A stretch of 64,000 nt of DNA from Candidatus Latescibacterota bacterium (GTDB lineage Bacteria > Latescibacterota > UBA2968 > GCA-2709665). The number at the start of each line of letters is the position of its first letter. Positions within the stretch are counted from its first letter, which is position 1. A program made the position numbers and the translations under genes. A model generated the notes under the pieces. That model worked only from the letters and a program-made list of their open reading frames with translations. It was not told the DNA's origin and ran no database searches. The stretch is from the NCBI GenBank assembly GCA_965249305.1, contig OZ252228.1, positions 3,172,284 to 3,236,283 on the forward strand, written 5' to 3'. Below are positions 47,369 through 59,000 of this stretch, piece by piece.

Positions 47369-47394
47369 CCGCTCACGGTACGAGGAGACATGGT

Positions 47395-49089
47395 ATGCGC
47401 GTTGTGATTCGCGTTTTGACGGGCGTTCTGATGGTTTTGGCGCCGATTTACGCCGAAGAGGACGTGGTGATGCAGGCCATGCGCGACGAGCTTTCGCGTT
47501 CGATGGACGAACTCCGGCTCGAAGCGCTGGAGAGGCCCTATTTTATCGCTTACCGGGTGGAGGAGAGCTGGAGTACGCGCGTTTCCGCCAGCTTCGGTTC
47601 GCTGCTTGGCAGCAATGAGGGCAGAGGGCGTTCTCTGAGCGTGGAGGTGCGGGTGGGAGATTACGATTTTGACAATACCAATTTCCGCGCCTCTCGCTTC
47701 GGGGGATTCCGGGGGAGGGCCGGGCTTCCCTTAGACGATGACTACAAGGCGTTAAGACGGCAGATCTGGCTGGCGACCGACCGTATGTACAAACAGGCAG
47801 TGGAAGACCTGTCCGGCAAACGCGCCGCATTGCAGCACCGTACGCGTACCGAGGAGATTCCCGACTTCAGCCGGGAGAGCCCCGCATCGATTGCGGACGA
47901 GGCCGCACCCGTGGCTGTGGACCTGGCCGAAGCGGAGCGGCTGGTGCGCGATCTTTCCGCGCTTTTCAGGCAGATGCCGGATGTTTTTATGTCCACGGTT
48001 CGCCTGAGTGTAAACAATGCCCGCACCCGCTATTTAAACAGCGAAGGTACATCGTTTACACGCCTTACCCCTTCTGTGACCTTTACAGCGCTGGCGGGAA
48101 CACAGGCGCCGGATGGGATGCCCTTAGAGGACTTTGTGGCGGTGTACGGACGTTCGATGGGCGATCTGCCCGGGGTGGACGAACTGAAGGCCCGCATCGA
48201 GGCGATGGGGGCGCGTCTGTCCGAACTGCGCGATGCGCCGGTGGTGGACACGTACACCGGTCCGGTGCTTTTAGAAGAGCAGGCGGCAGCGGCGCTGTTC
48301 GGCCGGGTTTTCGCGCCCAGGCTGCTGGCGTCGCGTGCGCCGATCTCGGGCGGGGGGCGGGGCTCCGGGCGGGGCAGAAACCCTTTTCTGGACAAGATCG
48401 GCGCGCGGGTGCTGCCCGAGTTTTTGAGCGTTGTGGACGATCCGACGGTGAGGGAGTACAAAAAGCGCCGGCTTGTGGGTGGGGCCAGAGTGGACGACGA
48501 CGGCGTGCGTACACGCAAGACGGTGCTGGTTGAAAAAGGGTTTCTCAACACGCTGCTGGCCACGCGCAACCCGGTCTCCGGGATTGCGAAAAGTACCGGC
48601 AGCCGGCACGGTTCGAACGCCCTGCCGAGCAATCTGTTTGTGACTGCAAAGAAGGGATACAGCGACAAGAAGATGAAAAAGGCGTTTCTCAAACTGGTCA
48701 AGCAGCGCAAAAATGGGTACGGAATTATCGTGCGGCGCATTGGCAACTCTTCCCTCCGGGTTCCCGGCCTGGGTCGGGCCAGACGGAGAGGTGCGCGGGT
48801 GGCCGACATCATCCTGGCGTACAGGGTTTTCCCCAACGGGCGCGAGGAGTTGATCCGGAATGCGGGGCTGTCGGACATCGACGCGGCGACGTTCAAGGAG
48901 ATTGTGGCCGCGTCGAAGGCGCAGACGGTTTACAGTGCGCCGTTCAGGACCCGGAGCGCATCCGGTTCGCACAGCGGCGTTGTGTCGTTCGTGGCGCCGT
49001 CGCTGCTGTTTGAAGATGTGACCCTCCAAAAGCCCAGGGGCGAGATCCCACACCCGCCCGTGGCAAGTCATCCTGCATTTGACAGGTGA
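47395..49089 (+). CDS. Secreted TldD/PmbA-family protein, paralog 2 (TldE-like partner)
   Basis: Signal peptide MRVVIRVLTGVLMVLAPIYAEE. Parallel domain layout to paralog 1 (...VRVGDYDFDNTNFRAS..., ...GSRHGSNALPSNLFV...). It lacks a clean HExxxGH, as TldE partners commonly do. Confidence 0.65.
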   Translation: MRVVIRVLTGVLMVLAPIYAEEDVVMQAMRDELSRSMDELRLEALERPYFIAYRVEESWSTRVSASFGSLLGSNEGRGRSLSVEVRVGDYDFDNTNFRASRFGGFRGRAGLPLDDDYKALRRQIWLATDRMYKQAVEDLSGKRAALQHRTRTEEIPDFSRESPASIADEAAPVAVDLAEAERLVRDLSALFRQMPDVFMSTVRLSVNNARTRYLNSEGTSFTRLTPSVTFTALAGTQAPDGMPLEDFVAVYGRSMGDLPGVDELKARIEAMGARLSELRDAPVVDTYTGPVLLEEQAAAALFGRVFAPRLLASRAPISGGGRGSGRGRNPFLDKIGARVLPEFLSVVDDPTVREYKKRRLVGGARVDDDGVRTRKTVLVEKGFLNTLLATRNPVSGIAKSTGSRHGSNALPSNLFVTAKKGYSDKKMKKAFLKLVKQRKNGYGIIVRRIGNSSLRVPGLGRARRRGARVADIILAYRVFPNGREELIRNAGLSDIDAATFKEIVAASKAQTVYSAPFRTRSASGSHSGVVSFVAPSLLFEDVTLQKPRGEIPHPPVASHPAFDR

Positions 49090-51255
49090 GAAAGTTCACG
49101 AATCTTATTCAAGGTTTAGACGTCTGATCTGAAAGAGATTCAACGAATCGTGTATTCCAAGAGAGAGGAAGCCTCTTATGGAAGAGCGATCTTCACTTCT
49201 GCCGCGCCTTTCGGTGGACCGTCCGGTAACGGTGACGATGTGTCTGCTGGCCCTGCTGGTTGTGGGGGCCGTGGCCTATAGCCAGATCCCGGTGAAGCTT
49301 TTTCCCTCCGGGTTTGACCCTCCGCGCCTCTGGGTGGGTATCCAGTATCGGGGCGCATCCCCCCGGGAGCTGGAACAGCAGATTGCCCGCCCGCTGGAGG
49401 AGCGGCTTCGCACGGTGAAGGGCATTGAGAAGGTCTGGTCGTACAGCAGCAGCCGGTGGGGTGTGGACGCTAGCATGCGTTTCCGGCAGGATGCGGATAT
49501 GGTGCTGGCTTACAACCAGGTGGTGGATCAGATTGAACGATTCAAACCCGAGCTTCCGGAGGACTCCCGGGACAATATTTGGATCTGGAAACACAATGAC
49601 GAGGGTCAATCCATTATGTGGGCCGGGGTGGCGATTGATACCACTATTGTGGATCCGTTCCAGTTTTTGGAGGTCCACGTCAAGCGCTCGCTGGAGCGGA
49701 TTGACGGGGTGGCCAAGGTGGACATCTGGGGGGTTGACACCAAAGAGGTGATGATCGAGATCGACCGGGAGCGGCTGCAGGCGCGGGGTGTCAATACCTA
49801 TGAGATGGTGCAGCGGCTTCAGTCCGACAATTTTGCGCTTTCAGGCGGGCATGTACGCGAGGGCGGCAAGAAATTTTACGTGCGGTCTATGGCACGTTAT
49901 CGGAGCCTGGAGGAGATCGAGAATATCCTGGTGAGTTCCAGGAACGGCGGGGTGCGTTTGCGGGAGGTGGCGGATGTGGTTTACGATGTGCCCGCCAGGC
50001 GGGGGTACGAACGGACGGACGGGAAGCCGTCGGCATCGTTCAGCGTCAAGGCCGAGTCGGGTGCGGATCTGGTGGCGCTGTGCGACCGGGTGATGGAGGA
50101 GCTGGACCGGATTGAGGCCCGGACGGTGACTTCCGGCCTTCAGTTCAATGTATTTTTCAACCAGGGGCAGTTCATCCGGGGTTCGGTCAACAACCTGAGG
50201 AACACCGGGCTGTGGGGCGGTTTATTCGCCGCCATGGTGCTGCTGTTTTTCCTGCGTGCGATCCGCATGACGTCGATTATCACACTGGCCATTCCGCTTT
50301 GTGTGATGATTACCATTGTGGCGCTTTATTTTATGGGCTGGTCCCTGAACATGATGACGATGATGGGGTTGATGGTGGGGGTGGGGCTGGTGGTGGACAA
50401 TGCGATTGTGATCTTAGAGAATATCTACCGGATCCGGGAGAAGGGGGAGAAACCCAAATTGGCGGCGGTTCTGGGCGCAAGCGAGGTGGCTATGGCCATT
50501 ACACTGGCCACGCTGACCACGGTGGTGGTCTTTCTGCCGCTGATGCTGATGTCCGGGGGTGTGGGAATGCGGTTTTACCTGACCAAGATGGGGATGCCGG
50601 TGATTGTGATGCTGATGGGGTCGTTGTTTGTGGCCCTGATTTTTATCCCGCTGGCCTCCGTGCGGTTCGGTGGAAGTAGCGTCAAAAAGGATCCCAGATC
50701 GATCGGATGGACGCGGCGCCTGTACGGTCGAATGCTGGGGTGGACCTTATGGCATCGGCGGGATACCATTTTGATTGTGCTGTTTATTTTTGCCACCATT
50801 GCCATTCCGTTCAGTAACATGAAACGTTCGGATTCAACCAGGGGCAATATTAATAATGTGCGGATCAGGGTCTATCCGCCCAAATATTTCTCCATCTACG
50901 ATACCCACGAGGTGGTTTCGGAGCTGGAAACATTTCTGGAGGGCAAACGGGAGGCCTACGGCATCCGGACGATGCGGGCCTGGTTTCGGTCGACCTACGG
51001 GCGGGTAGAGATCTTTTTGAAAGCGGATACCGAGTCGGCGTGGTGGCAGGTGGCTTATAAAGACCTGCGAGCAAAAGTGGGTTATCCGGTTGACGGGATG
51101 ATGGACCGGAAGGCCGTGATCAAGGATTTGAAAGAGAACTTGCCGAAATTTGTGGGGGTGAGGATTGGGGTGGAGAGCCGGGGGGGAGGAGCGAGGGACC
51201 CCCGTGTATCGGTTTATCTCTATGGGGATGATACGGAGGTGCTGGCCGGCATGGT

Positions 51256-52442
51256 ACACGACAAAAAAGGAAAAGACCTGCGCTGAGTGGTGAAATGAGT
51301 TAAGTTTGGGTTGTCAAGATCCAACAACTCATCCATCATCAAACACAGGTCTATGTCTCCTCAAGTTAATGAATTACACGACGTGATGCAATGGTATTTA
51401 CCCTGTCATAAGGCCCGGGTAAAATTCATCGCCGCCTTCATTGTGTCTCTCATCAAGCTCACAACCGTCAACTTCACCAAACTGGCCAACGCCCTCAACG
51501 GCAAAGCCAAGCAGAAGTCCAACTATCGCAGAATCCAACGTTTCTTCAGTGAGTTTAATCTGTCCTATGACCTGGTGGCCGACTTGATCCTGCATCTCTT
51601 GCCGATCAAGTCGGACTTTACCATCTCGATAGATCGGACGACCTGGAGCTTCGGCAAACTGACCATCAATATTCTCACCGCCGGGAGTGTCTATCAAGGC
51701 GTTGCATTTCCCATCTGCTGGATACTGCTGCCCAAAAAGGGCAACTCCAACACCGATGAGCGTATCCAGTTGATGGAACGGGTCTTGAAGTTGGTGGATA
51801 AAAACCTGATTCAGGTCATCGTTGCAGACCGGGAATTCATTGGGCAAGAATGGTTTGCGTGGTTAGATGCGCAAGCCTTAGGCTTTGCCATCCGCGTCAA
51901 GGAAAACGCCAAAACCCTAAATGGCAAAGGGGACATCGCGCTTCGATGCTTGTTTGCCGACCTGCACATTCACCAAGAGCGCATCCTGCGTAAACCCCGT
52001 CTGATCTATGGTCATCATCTGTATTTGTCTGTCATCCGATTACCTGACGAATTTCTCATCGTTGCCAGCAAGTGTAAAGGTCGAAAACCGCTGGAGGATT
52101 ACAAAAAACGGTGGGGAATTGAAGTCCTGTTCGCCGCGTTGAAAAGCCGAGGCTTCGATCTGGAACAGACCCATCTGATCCATCTGGAACGAATCGAAAA
52201 ACTCATCGCGCTTTTAGCCATTGCCCTCACCTGGGCTCATCTGGTAGGAGAATGGATCGCAAAGACAAAACCGTTGAAGATCAAAAAACACGGATGCAAA
52301 GAGAAAAGCCTGTTTCGATATGGATTGGACCATTTGCAGTATGTTCTGCTCAATATACAGGATCACATCCAGGAGTTCTTTCACTGTCTTTGGATACTGA
52401 TTGATCCTCCATATTTTAGGTCAGATTAAGTTTTGTCGTGTA
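51256..52442 (+). mobile_element. IS4-family insertion sequence (about 1.19 kb), low-GC, TIR TACACGACAAAA, flanked by a ~13-bp target duplication CTGGCCGG(C/G)ATGG
   Basis: Left end TACACGACAAAAAAGG. Right end reverse complement TACACGACAAAACTT. Direct repeats lie at 51242..51255 and 52448..52461. Confidence 0.75.
51311..52429 (+). CDS. IS4-family DDE transposase
   Basis: 372 aa. DDE blocks SIDRTTW, IVADREFIG, and the YREK-like C-terminal block YKKRWGIEVLFAALKSRGFDLE. Confidence 0.8.
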   Translation: MSRSNNSSIIKHRSMSPQVNELHDVMQWYLPCHKARVKFIAAFIVSLIKLTTVNFTKLANALNGKAKQKSNYRRIQRFFSEFNLSYDLVADLILHLLPIKSDFTISIDRTTWSFGKLTINILTAGSVYQGVAFPICWILLPKKGNSNTDERIQLMERVLKLVDKNLIQVIVADREFIGQEWFAWLDAQALGFAIRVKENAKTLNGKGDIALRCLFADLHIHQERILRKPRLIYGHHLYLSVIRLPDEFLIVASKCKGRKPLEDYKKRWGIEVLFAALKSRGFDLEQTHLIHLERIEKLIALLAIALTWAHLVGEWIAKTKPLKIKKHGCKEKSLFRYGLDHLQYVLLNIQDHIQEFFHCLWILIDPPYFRSD

Positions 52443-53733
52443 TTATGGCTGGCCGGGATGGTTGGCGAGGTGGACCGGCGGCTTCGGGAGATTCCTTCGG
52501 TGGTGAGTGTGGACACGGACCTGGAACGGTCGATTGACGAGGTGCGGGTGCAGATTGATCGGCAGCGGGCCCGGAGGTACGGGATCTCACCCGAGGTGGT
52601 GGGCCGAACGCTGGCCTTTTCGCTGCAGGGTGTGGGCCTGCCCAGATACCGGACCGGACAGCGGGAGGTGGACACACGGCTGTATTTGGAAGAGACCGAC
52701 CGGCAGACCCTGCACCAGCTCAAGACCTTCACGTTCCGGTCCCGGTCGGGTGAGGACATCCCGCTGGCCGAACTGGCCACGATTAAGGTGACCCAGGGCA
52801 GCGGCACCATCCGGCGGGAGGACGGCAAGACCCGGTTGTGGGTGAGGGCGTTTACCACAAAGGACGATTTGGAGGGGCTCTACGGAGAGATTGACCAGGC
52901 GATGCAAGGGTTTGAGATGCCCCGGGGGTATTACTGGAACAAGGGGGAGAGGTATTCCAAGTTCCGGGAACAGGACAATACCACCATGTTTGCGTTTCTG
53001 ATGGCCATTACCTGTGTGTTCCTGCTGATGGGCGTGCTTTTCGAGTCGTTTGTTCTGCCGTTTTCGGTGCTGTTCTCCATTCCATTTGCTTTCTTAGGGG
53101 TGTACTGGACGCTTTATCTGACCGGCACGCCCCAGGATATGATGGCCAGTATCGGGATTATGGTTTTGATTGGTGTGGTGGTGAATAACGCGATCGTGCT
53201 GGTGGATATGGTCAACCGCCTGCGGGCCGACGGCCTGGACCGCGCGGCGGCGATTTTAGAGGCCGGGCACAACCGCTTCCGGCCGATTTTGATGACCACG
53301 TTTACCACGGTTTTCGGGCTGCTGCCGATGTCGGTTGGCAACAGCAACCTGATTGGTATCCCCTACGCGCCTCTGGGCCGGACGATGATGGGAGGACTGC
53401 TGGCCTCCACGTTCCTCACCCTGTTTGTGGTGCCGCTGTTCTACACCTATCTGGACGATCTGCGGATGGCGCTTCGCCGGATTACCTCGGCTGTGTTTTC
53501 CCGGTCTGAGGCGGTTTCTTACGGGGGTGCGCAGGGAGACGATTGAAGGCGAGTTCCAGGTTCCAGGTTCCGAGTTGGCTCAGGTTAAGGCTGGAGGATG
53601 ATTCCTCTGGCCTTTTTGGTGTGAATGGGGTAAGGCAGCGTCTTCTGGTTGAAGAAGGGTTTGAAACGGGATGGGGTGTACTGTATATTCCAATCGTTCT
53701 ATTTGCCACCTGTTGGACCTGTAGAGGAGAGCG

Positions 53734-54507
53734 ATGAGATTCAGACCGTGTATCGACCTTCGCGAGGGGCGGGTTGTGCAGATTGTGGGAGGGTCGCTGC
53801 AGGATGGGGACGCGAAAGGACCGGTGACGAATTTTGAGACGGAGCGGTCCGCTGCGGACTACGCCCGGATGTACCGGACGGACGGCCTGAGTGGGGGGCA
53901 CGTGATTATGCTGGGGACGGGGAACGAGACTGAGGCGCTCGCCGCGCTTGCGGCCTATCCGAGAGGGCTGCACGTGGGGGGCGGGATTACGCCGGTGAAT
54001 GCAGGGCGCTACTTAGATGCGGGAGCCAGCCACGTGATTGTGACATCCTACGTCTTCCGGGAGGGCCGGATTGACGCCGACCGACTCACCGGAATGACGG
54101 CGGCGGTGGGGCGAGAGCGGCTGGTGCTGGACCTGAGCTGTCGGAGGCAGGGCAAGGCCTACGTGGTGGTGACCGACCGGTGGCAGCGGTTTACAGAGGT
54201 GGCGGTGAATCGCGAAACCCTGGACCGGCTCGCCCGGACCTGCGACGAGTTTTTAGTGCACGGGGTGGATGTGGAAGGCAAACGACTGGGGATAGAGGAG
54301 GCGCTGGTGGAGGCGCTGGGGGAGTGGTCACCGATTCCGGTGACGTACGCAGGGGGCGCCCGGGGGCTGGACGACCTGGACCGGGTGCGTGCGCTGGGCA
54401 ACGGCCGGGTGGATTTGACGATTGGGAGCGCGCTGGATATTTTTGGGGGGGAGGTGGCGTATCGGGATGTGGTGGCATGGCAGAGGAGAGAAGGAAGTAA
54501 AAAGTAA
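53734..54507 (+). CDS. hisA: HisA-like phosphoribosylformimino-AICAR-P isomerase (His6/eukaryote-type TIM barrel)
   Basis: RPCIDLREGRVVQIVGGSL... and the conserved VHGVDVEG / YAGG blocks of the His6-type enzyme. 257 aa. Confidence 0.6.
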   Translation: MRFRPCIDLREGRVVQIVGGSLQDGDAKGPVTNFETERSAADYARMYRTDGLSGGHVIMLGTGNETEALAALAAYPRGLHVGGGITPVNAGRYLDAGASHVIVTSYVFREGRIDADRLTGMTAAVGRERLVLDLSCRRQGKAYVVVTDRWQRFTEVAVNRETLDRLARTCDEFLVHGVDVEGKRLGIEEALVEALGEWSPIPVTYAGGARGLDDLDRVRALGNGRVDLTIGSALDIFGGEVAYRDVVAWQRREGSKK

Positions 54508-54564
54508 AAAATAAGGGCGAGGGTGGGGTGGTAATTTCCCCTTTTTCCTTGAATCGGAGATTCT

Positions 54565-55587
54565 GTGGCTACATTTAAAGACCTGGGCGAATTCGGGTTT
54601 ATCGACCGTATTGCACGGCACGGGCTGGTGCGGGAGGAGGGGGTGTTGTGCGGGATCGGGGACGACTGTGCGGTTTTTGCGCTGGGGGAGGACCGGGCGC
54701 TGCTTCTGACGGCGGATCTAATGGTGGAGGAGGTCCATTTTCTGGTGGCGGCGACGGCGCCCGAGGGGCTGGGGTACAAGCTGCTGGCGGTGAGTCTCTC
54801 GGATGTTGCGGCGATGGGGGGGGAGCCGCGCGATGCGGTGGTTTCGGCCGCGATTCCGGCGGATTTCGATGCGGGGTATATGGAGCGGGTCTACGACGGG
54901 CTGCAGGCGTGCGCCTCGCGGTTCGGGGTGAACGTGGCCGGGGGGGATACCACGCGCAGTCCGGGGTCTCTGGTGCTGAATCTGACGCTGACCGGGGAGA
55001 TGGCGCGGGACCGGGTGCGCTACCGTTCGGGGGCACGACCCGGAGACCTGGTTTATGTTTCGGGCACGCTGGGGGATTCGGCGGCGGGGCTGGAACTGGC
55101 GCTGGGCCGGGAGGCGGCGATTTCCGGGGAGGACCGGGCCTATCTGCTGCGCCGGCACCACCGGCCGGAGCCGAGGGTGGCTCTGGGGCAGGCGCTTGCG
55201 GCGACCGGGGCAGTGACGGCGATGATCGACCTTTCGGATGGGGTGGCTTCGGATTTGCAGCACATCTGTAAGCAGAGCGGGGTGTCGGCAGTGGTTGCGG
55301 CCGGCGCAGTACCGCTTTCACCGGCTCTTGGGGCCTTCTGTGAGGCCACGGAGACCGAGCCCCTGTCCCAGGCGCTTTCGGGAGGGGAGGACTACGAGCT
55401 TCTTTTTACGGTGGATGTCGAGCGTGCCGAGGCAATCAAGGAGCGGGAGGACCTGCCGGCAATCTCCGAGATTGGACGGATCGAGGCGGGGGAGGCGGCG
55501 ATTTTTTTAGAGGATGCAGAAGGGGGGCGGAAGGAACTGGAGGAATCAGGGTTCGACCATTTTAAGGCAGGGGTCAGCGACTTGTAG
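54565..55587 (+). CDS. thiL: Thiamine-monophosphate kinase
   Basis: FGFIDRIA...GIGDDCAV...LLTADLMVEEVHF...SLSDVAAMGG is the ThiL/AIR-synthase-related N-terminus. 340 aa. Confidence 0.8.
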   Translation: MATFKDLGEFGFIDRIARHGLVREEGVLCGIGDDCAVFALGEDRALLLTADLMVEEVHFLVAATAPEGLGYKLLAVSLSDVAAMGGEPRDAVVSAAIPADFDAGYMERVYDGLQACASRFGVNVAGGDTTRSPGSLVLNLTLTGEMARDRVRYRSGARPGDLVYVSGTLGDSAAGLELALGREAAISGEDRAYLLRRHHRPEPRVALGQALAATGAVTAMIDLSDGVASDLQHICKQSGVSAVVAAGAVPLSPALGAFCEATETEPLSQALSGGEDYELLFTVDVERAEAIKEREDLPAISEIGRIEAGEAAIFLEDAEGGRKELEESGFDHFKAGVSDL

Positions 55588-55599
55588 GGGCGGACTTGT

Positions 55600-56007
55600 G
55601 TGTTCGTCCGGGAGGGTCATTCCATGTCTATTTGTTACGACCACGTCAGCCTGCGGGTGACGGACCTGGAGCAGTCGGTGGGGTTTTACCGGGATGTGAT
55701 GGGGCTGGAGCTGGTGAGCCGGCGGGAGGACGACTCGCAGGCGGTGTTTCGCATCGGAGAGGCGCTGCTGGTGCTGTTCTGCCGGGATGAGTACCGGCCG
55801 GTGAATCCGGTTTGGAAGACGGGGACGGATCACGTGGCGTTTTGTCTGGATGGGGAGACCTACGGTGCGGTGCTGGAGCGGCTGAAGGAACGGGACCTGG
55901 TGCTGCGGGGGCCGACGATGAACAAGGGGGCGTTTGGGGAAGGGCTGGCGACCTATTTCTGCGATCCGGATGGGCATGAGTTGGAGGTTAAGAAGTATGA
56001 GGATTAG
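55600..56007 (+). CDS. VOC (glyoxalase/bleomycin-resistance/dioxygenase) family protein
   Basis: YDHVSLRVTDLEQSVGFYRDVMGLELV... Likely start is the MSICYDH Met (55624). Confidence 0.6.
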   Translation: MFVREGHSMSICYDHVSLRVTDLEQSVGFYRDVMGLELVSRREDDSQAVFRIGEALLVLFCRDEYRPVNPVWKTGTDHVAFCLDGETYGAVLERLKERDLVLRGPTMNKGAFGEGLATYFCDPDGHELEVKKYED

Positions 56008-59000
56008 CCCTCACCCCCCAACCCCCTCTCCCGCCGCACGGGAGAGGGGGAGTCTGTGGTGTGTTGTTCTGTGCTGGGTGTTGTTGGGTTGTTTGGGCGA
56101 GGTGCAGGCGCAGCAGTGGCAGACGTATACCACGGAAGACGGCCTGGCGGGCAATATTCTCCGTGCCGTTTTCCAGTCGCGTGACGGTGCGATGTGGTTC
56201 GGGACGTTTGCCGACGGCGTGAGCCGGTTTGACGGAACCTGGCAGACGTTTACGAGGGCGGACGGGCTGGCGGATGACAATGTGAGTGCTGTTTTTCAGT
56301 CGCGAGACGGTGCGATGTGGTTCGGGACGGGAGACCGGCTAACCTTTGGTTTCGGCGGCGGTGTGAGCCGTTATGATGGTGCGCGTTGGCAGACGTTCAC
56401 GGTCAAAGACGGGCTGGCCGGCAACGACATCACTGCTATTTTCCAGTTGCGTGACGGCGCAATGTGGTTCGGGACGCTCGAGGGTGTGAGCCGTTATGAT
56501 GGTGCGCGTTGGCAGACATTTACCACCGCAGACGGGTTGGCCAGTAACGGTGTGAATGGTATTTTCCAGTCGCGGGATGGGGCGATGTGGTTTGCAACGG
56601 GAAATGTTACGGGGATAGGAGGCGTGAGCCGTTATGACGGTGCGCGCTGGGAGACGTTTACCACCGCAGACGGGTTGGCCAGCGGCATTGTCTTCTTCCG
56701 TGATCCAGTCGGACGACGGTGCGATGTGGTTCGGGACGGTGGCTGTATTCGGCAGCGGCGGTGTGAGCCGCTACGACGGGCGTGTGTGGGAGGTGTTTAC
56801 GGCCGCCGCCGGCCCGGCCAGCAACTTTATCTTTGATCTATTGCAGGCGAACGATGGCGCCATCTGGGTTGCAACAGACCGGGGCGTGAGTCGTTATGAC
56901 GGTACGCTCTGGCAGACGTTTTCAGTGGCAGACGGGCTGGCCAGCAATGGCGTGGCCTCCCTGACCCAATCTCTGGACGGCGCTATCTGGTTCGGGACCG
57001 CCGGAGGAAGGGTGAGCCGGTTTGAAGAGACGGGCTGGCAGACGTTAACCACCGTAAACGGCCTTTCCGGTCCGCTGGTCACGTCTGTGTTCAAGGCCCG
57101 AGACGGCGCCATCTGGTTCGGCACGGGACCGCTTATTAACATCCAGGGTGTTGTTGATGGCGGCGTGGCCCGCTACGACGGGAAGACCTGGCAGACGTTC
57201 AGGGCGGCCGACGGTCTTGTCAGCAACCTGGTGTGGGATGTGTTCCAGTCCCGGGATGGGGCGATGTGGTTCGGGGCAGTTGGGGGTGTGAGTCGTTATG
57301 ACGGGGTGGGTTGGCAGACGTTTACCACAGAAGATGGCCTGGCCACCGAATCGGACGAGGTGATCTTTCAGTCGCGGGATGGGGCGATGTGGTTCGGGAC
57401 GGGCAGTTTGTGGATACGGCAGGGCGGCGCCCCTGGCCGGTATCTGGGGGATATCGGAGGGGGTGTGAGTCGTTACGACGGGGTGGATTGGCAGACGTTT
57501 ACCACAGAAGATGGCCTGGCCAGCAATACGGTCGGGGCGATTTTTCAGTCGCGTGACGGTGTGATGTGGTTCGGGACGCTTGGGGGTGTGAGCCGATATG
57601 ACGGGTCTTTGTGGCAGACGTTTACGGTCTCAGACGGTCTGGTTAACAACGGGGTGATTGACGTTTTTCAGTCGCGTGACGGTGTGATGTGGTTCGGGAC
57701 GCTTGGGGGTGTAAGCCGTTATGACGGGTCTTTGTGGGAGACGTTTACGGTCGCAGACGGCCTGGCCAGCAACGTTGCAGGCCCCATTGTTCAATCCGAC
57801 GACGGCGCGACATGGTTTGCAACCGATCGGGGTGTCAGCCGGTATGATGGGGAAGTCTGGCAGACGTTTACGACCGACGATGGTCTGATCAATAACATTG
57901 TACTTGATCTGACCCAGGCCGACAATGGCACGATGTGGTTCGGCGCGGTCGGCGGCGTGAGTGCTTTTAAACGGCCGGCGTTTCCGCTTGTCCAGACGGT
58001 GATCCTCAGCGATCTGCCCTCCGTTCTGGGTGTGAACCGGTTTTTTATTGAGACCCGAGGGTTCGAGATCGGGGCCGACCGCCAGCCCCCGCTGTCGTTT
58101 GTGCTGACCCGGGGGACAGCTGCGCCGGGGGCAGGCGATTGGTCGCGCTTTGCCGTGGTGAGCGGGTTTGAGGTCACGGAGGACCGGGTCAACAACGGCA
58201 TGTGGTCGTTTCACGTCCGGGCCGTGGACCGGAACGGGAACGTGGATCCGACGCCGGCATCGTTGACGTTCACCGTGGATTTGATTGCGCCCACGGTGGT
58301 GATTGCCAGCCCGAAGCGGGGCAGCGGGGTGAGCGGCACGGTGGCGATCGAGGGGTCGGCGTTCGATCGTTCCGACGTGCAGGACCTGGAGGTCTTTTTG
58401 CTGGAATACGGTCGGGGGCGGGAAGCGGCCGAAGTGGATGTGTGGATTCCGATCGGTATCCCCCAATCGGCGCCGGTGGAGGGCGGGGTGCTCGGTACGT
58501 GGCAGACGGAAGACTTGCAGGACGGGGACTATGTGCTGCGGATCCGGGCGAGGGACGCGTTGGGTCACCGGAGTGTGGATGTGGTCCATGTGGTGGTTTT
58601 GTCTGCCCTTGAGCGGATCGACGAAAGGGATGGCGGGCGTGTCGTCGGGGTGGGCGGGAAGGTGGACCTGATGGTTCCTCCGAACGGGTTGGAAGGAGGC
58701 GGCGAGGTGCAGATTGTTTTTCTACCTGCAGAAGAACAGGTCGGCCCGCCTGCAGGGGCCAGGTTCACGGGGATCGCGTACAGGGTTGGACCGGGCGAAT
58801 TGATATTCAATAAGCGCAGTACGTTGACCCTCGGCTATGACCCGGTCGATCTGGCCGGATTGAACGAGACGGACCTGGCGGTGTTCGCACTTTCGGGAGG
58901 GTCGTGGACCCGGCTGGGAGGGACGGTGGATGAGACGGCGAACAAGATTTCGGTTGGAATCCAGTCGGCAGGCACGTATGCTTTGTTTGAGGCGCCCCCG

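Larger units (their letters stand above)
49178..53546 (+). pseudogene. RND/HAE1-type (AcrB-like) efflux transporter gene disrupted by an IS4-family insertion (N-part 49178..51255, C-part 52443..53546)
   Basis: The N-part has the TM1/large periplasmic loop/TM2-7 pattern (...GVGLVVDNAIVILENIYR...). The C-part continues ...VGEVDRRLREIPSVVSVDTDLERSIDEVRVQIDRQRARRYGI... through TM8-12 (...VVNNAIVLVDMVNRL...). The two parts are co-linear with AcrB once the IS is removed. Confidence 0.8.

Noticed and set aside
54599-55321. 240-aa and 181-aa minus-strand ORFs, and 207-aa plus-frame ORF, overlapping thiL
   Set aside because: These are Pro/Arg/Ala-rich alternative frames of a 70% GC gene. ThiL motifs identify the true frame.
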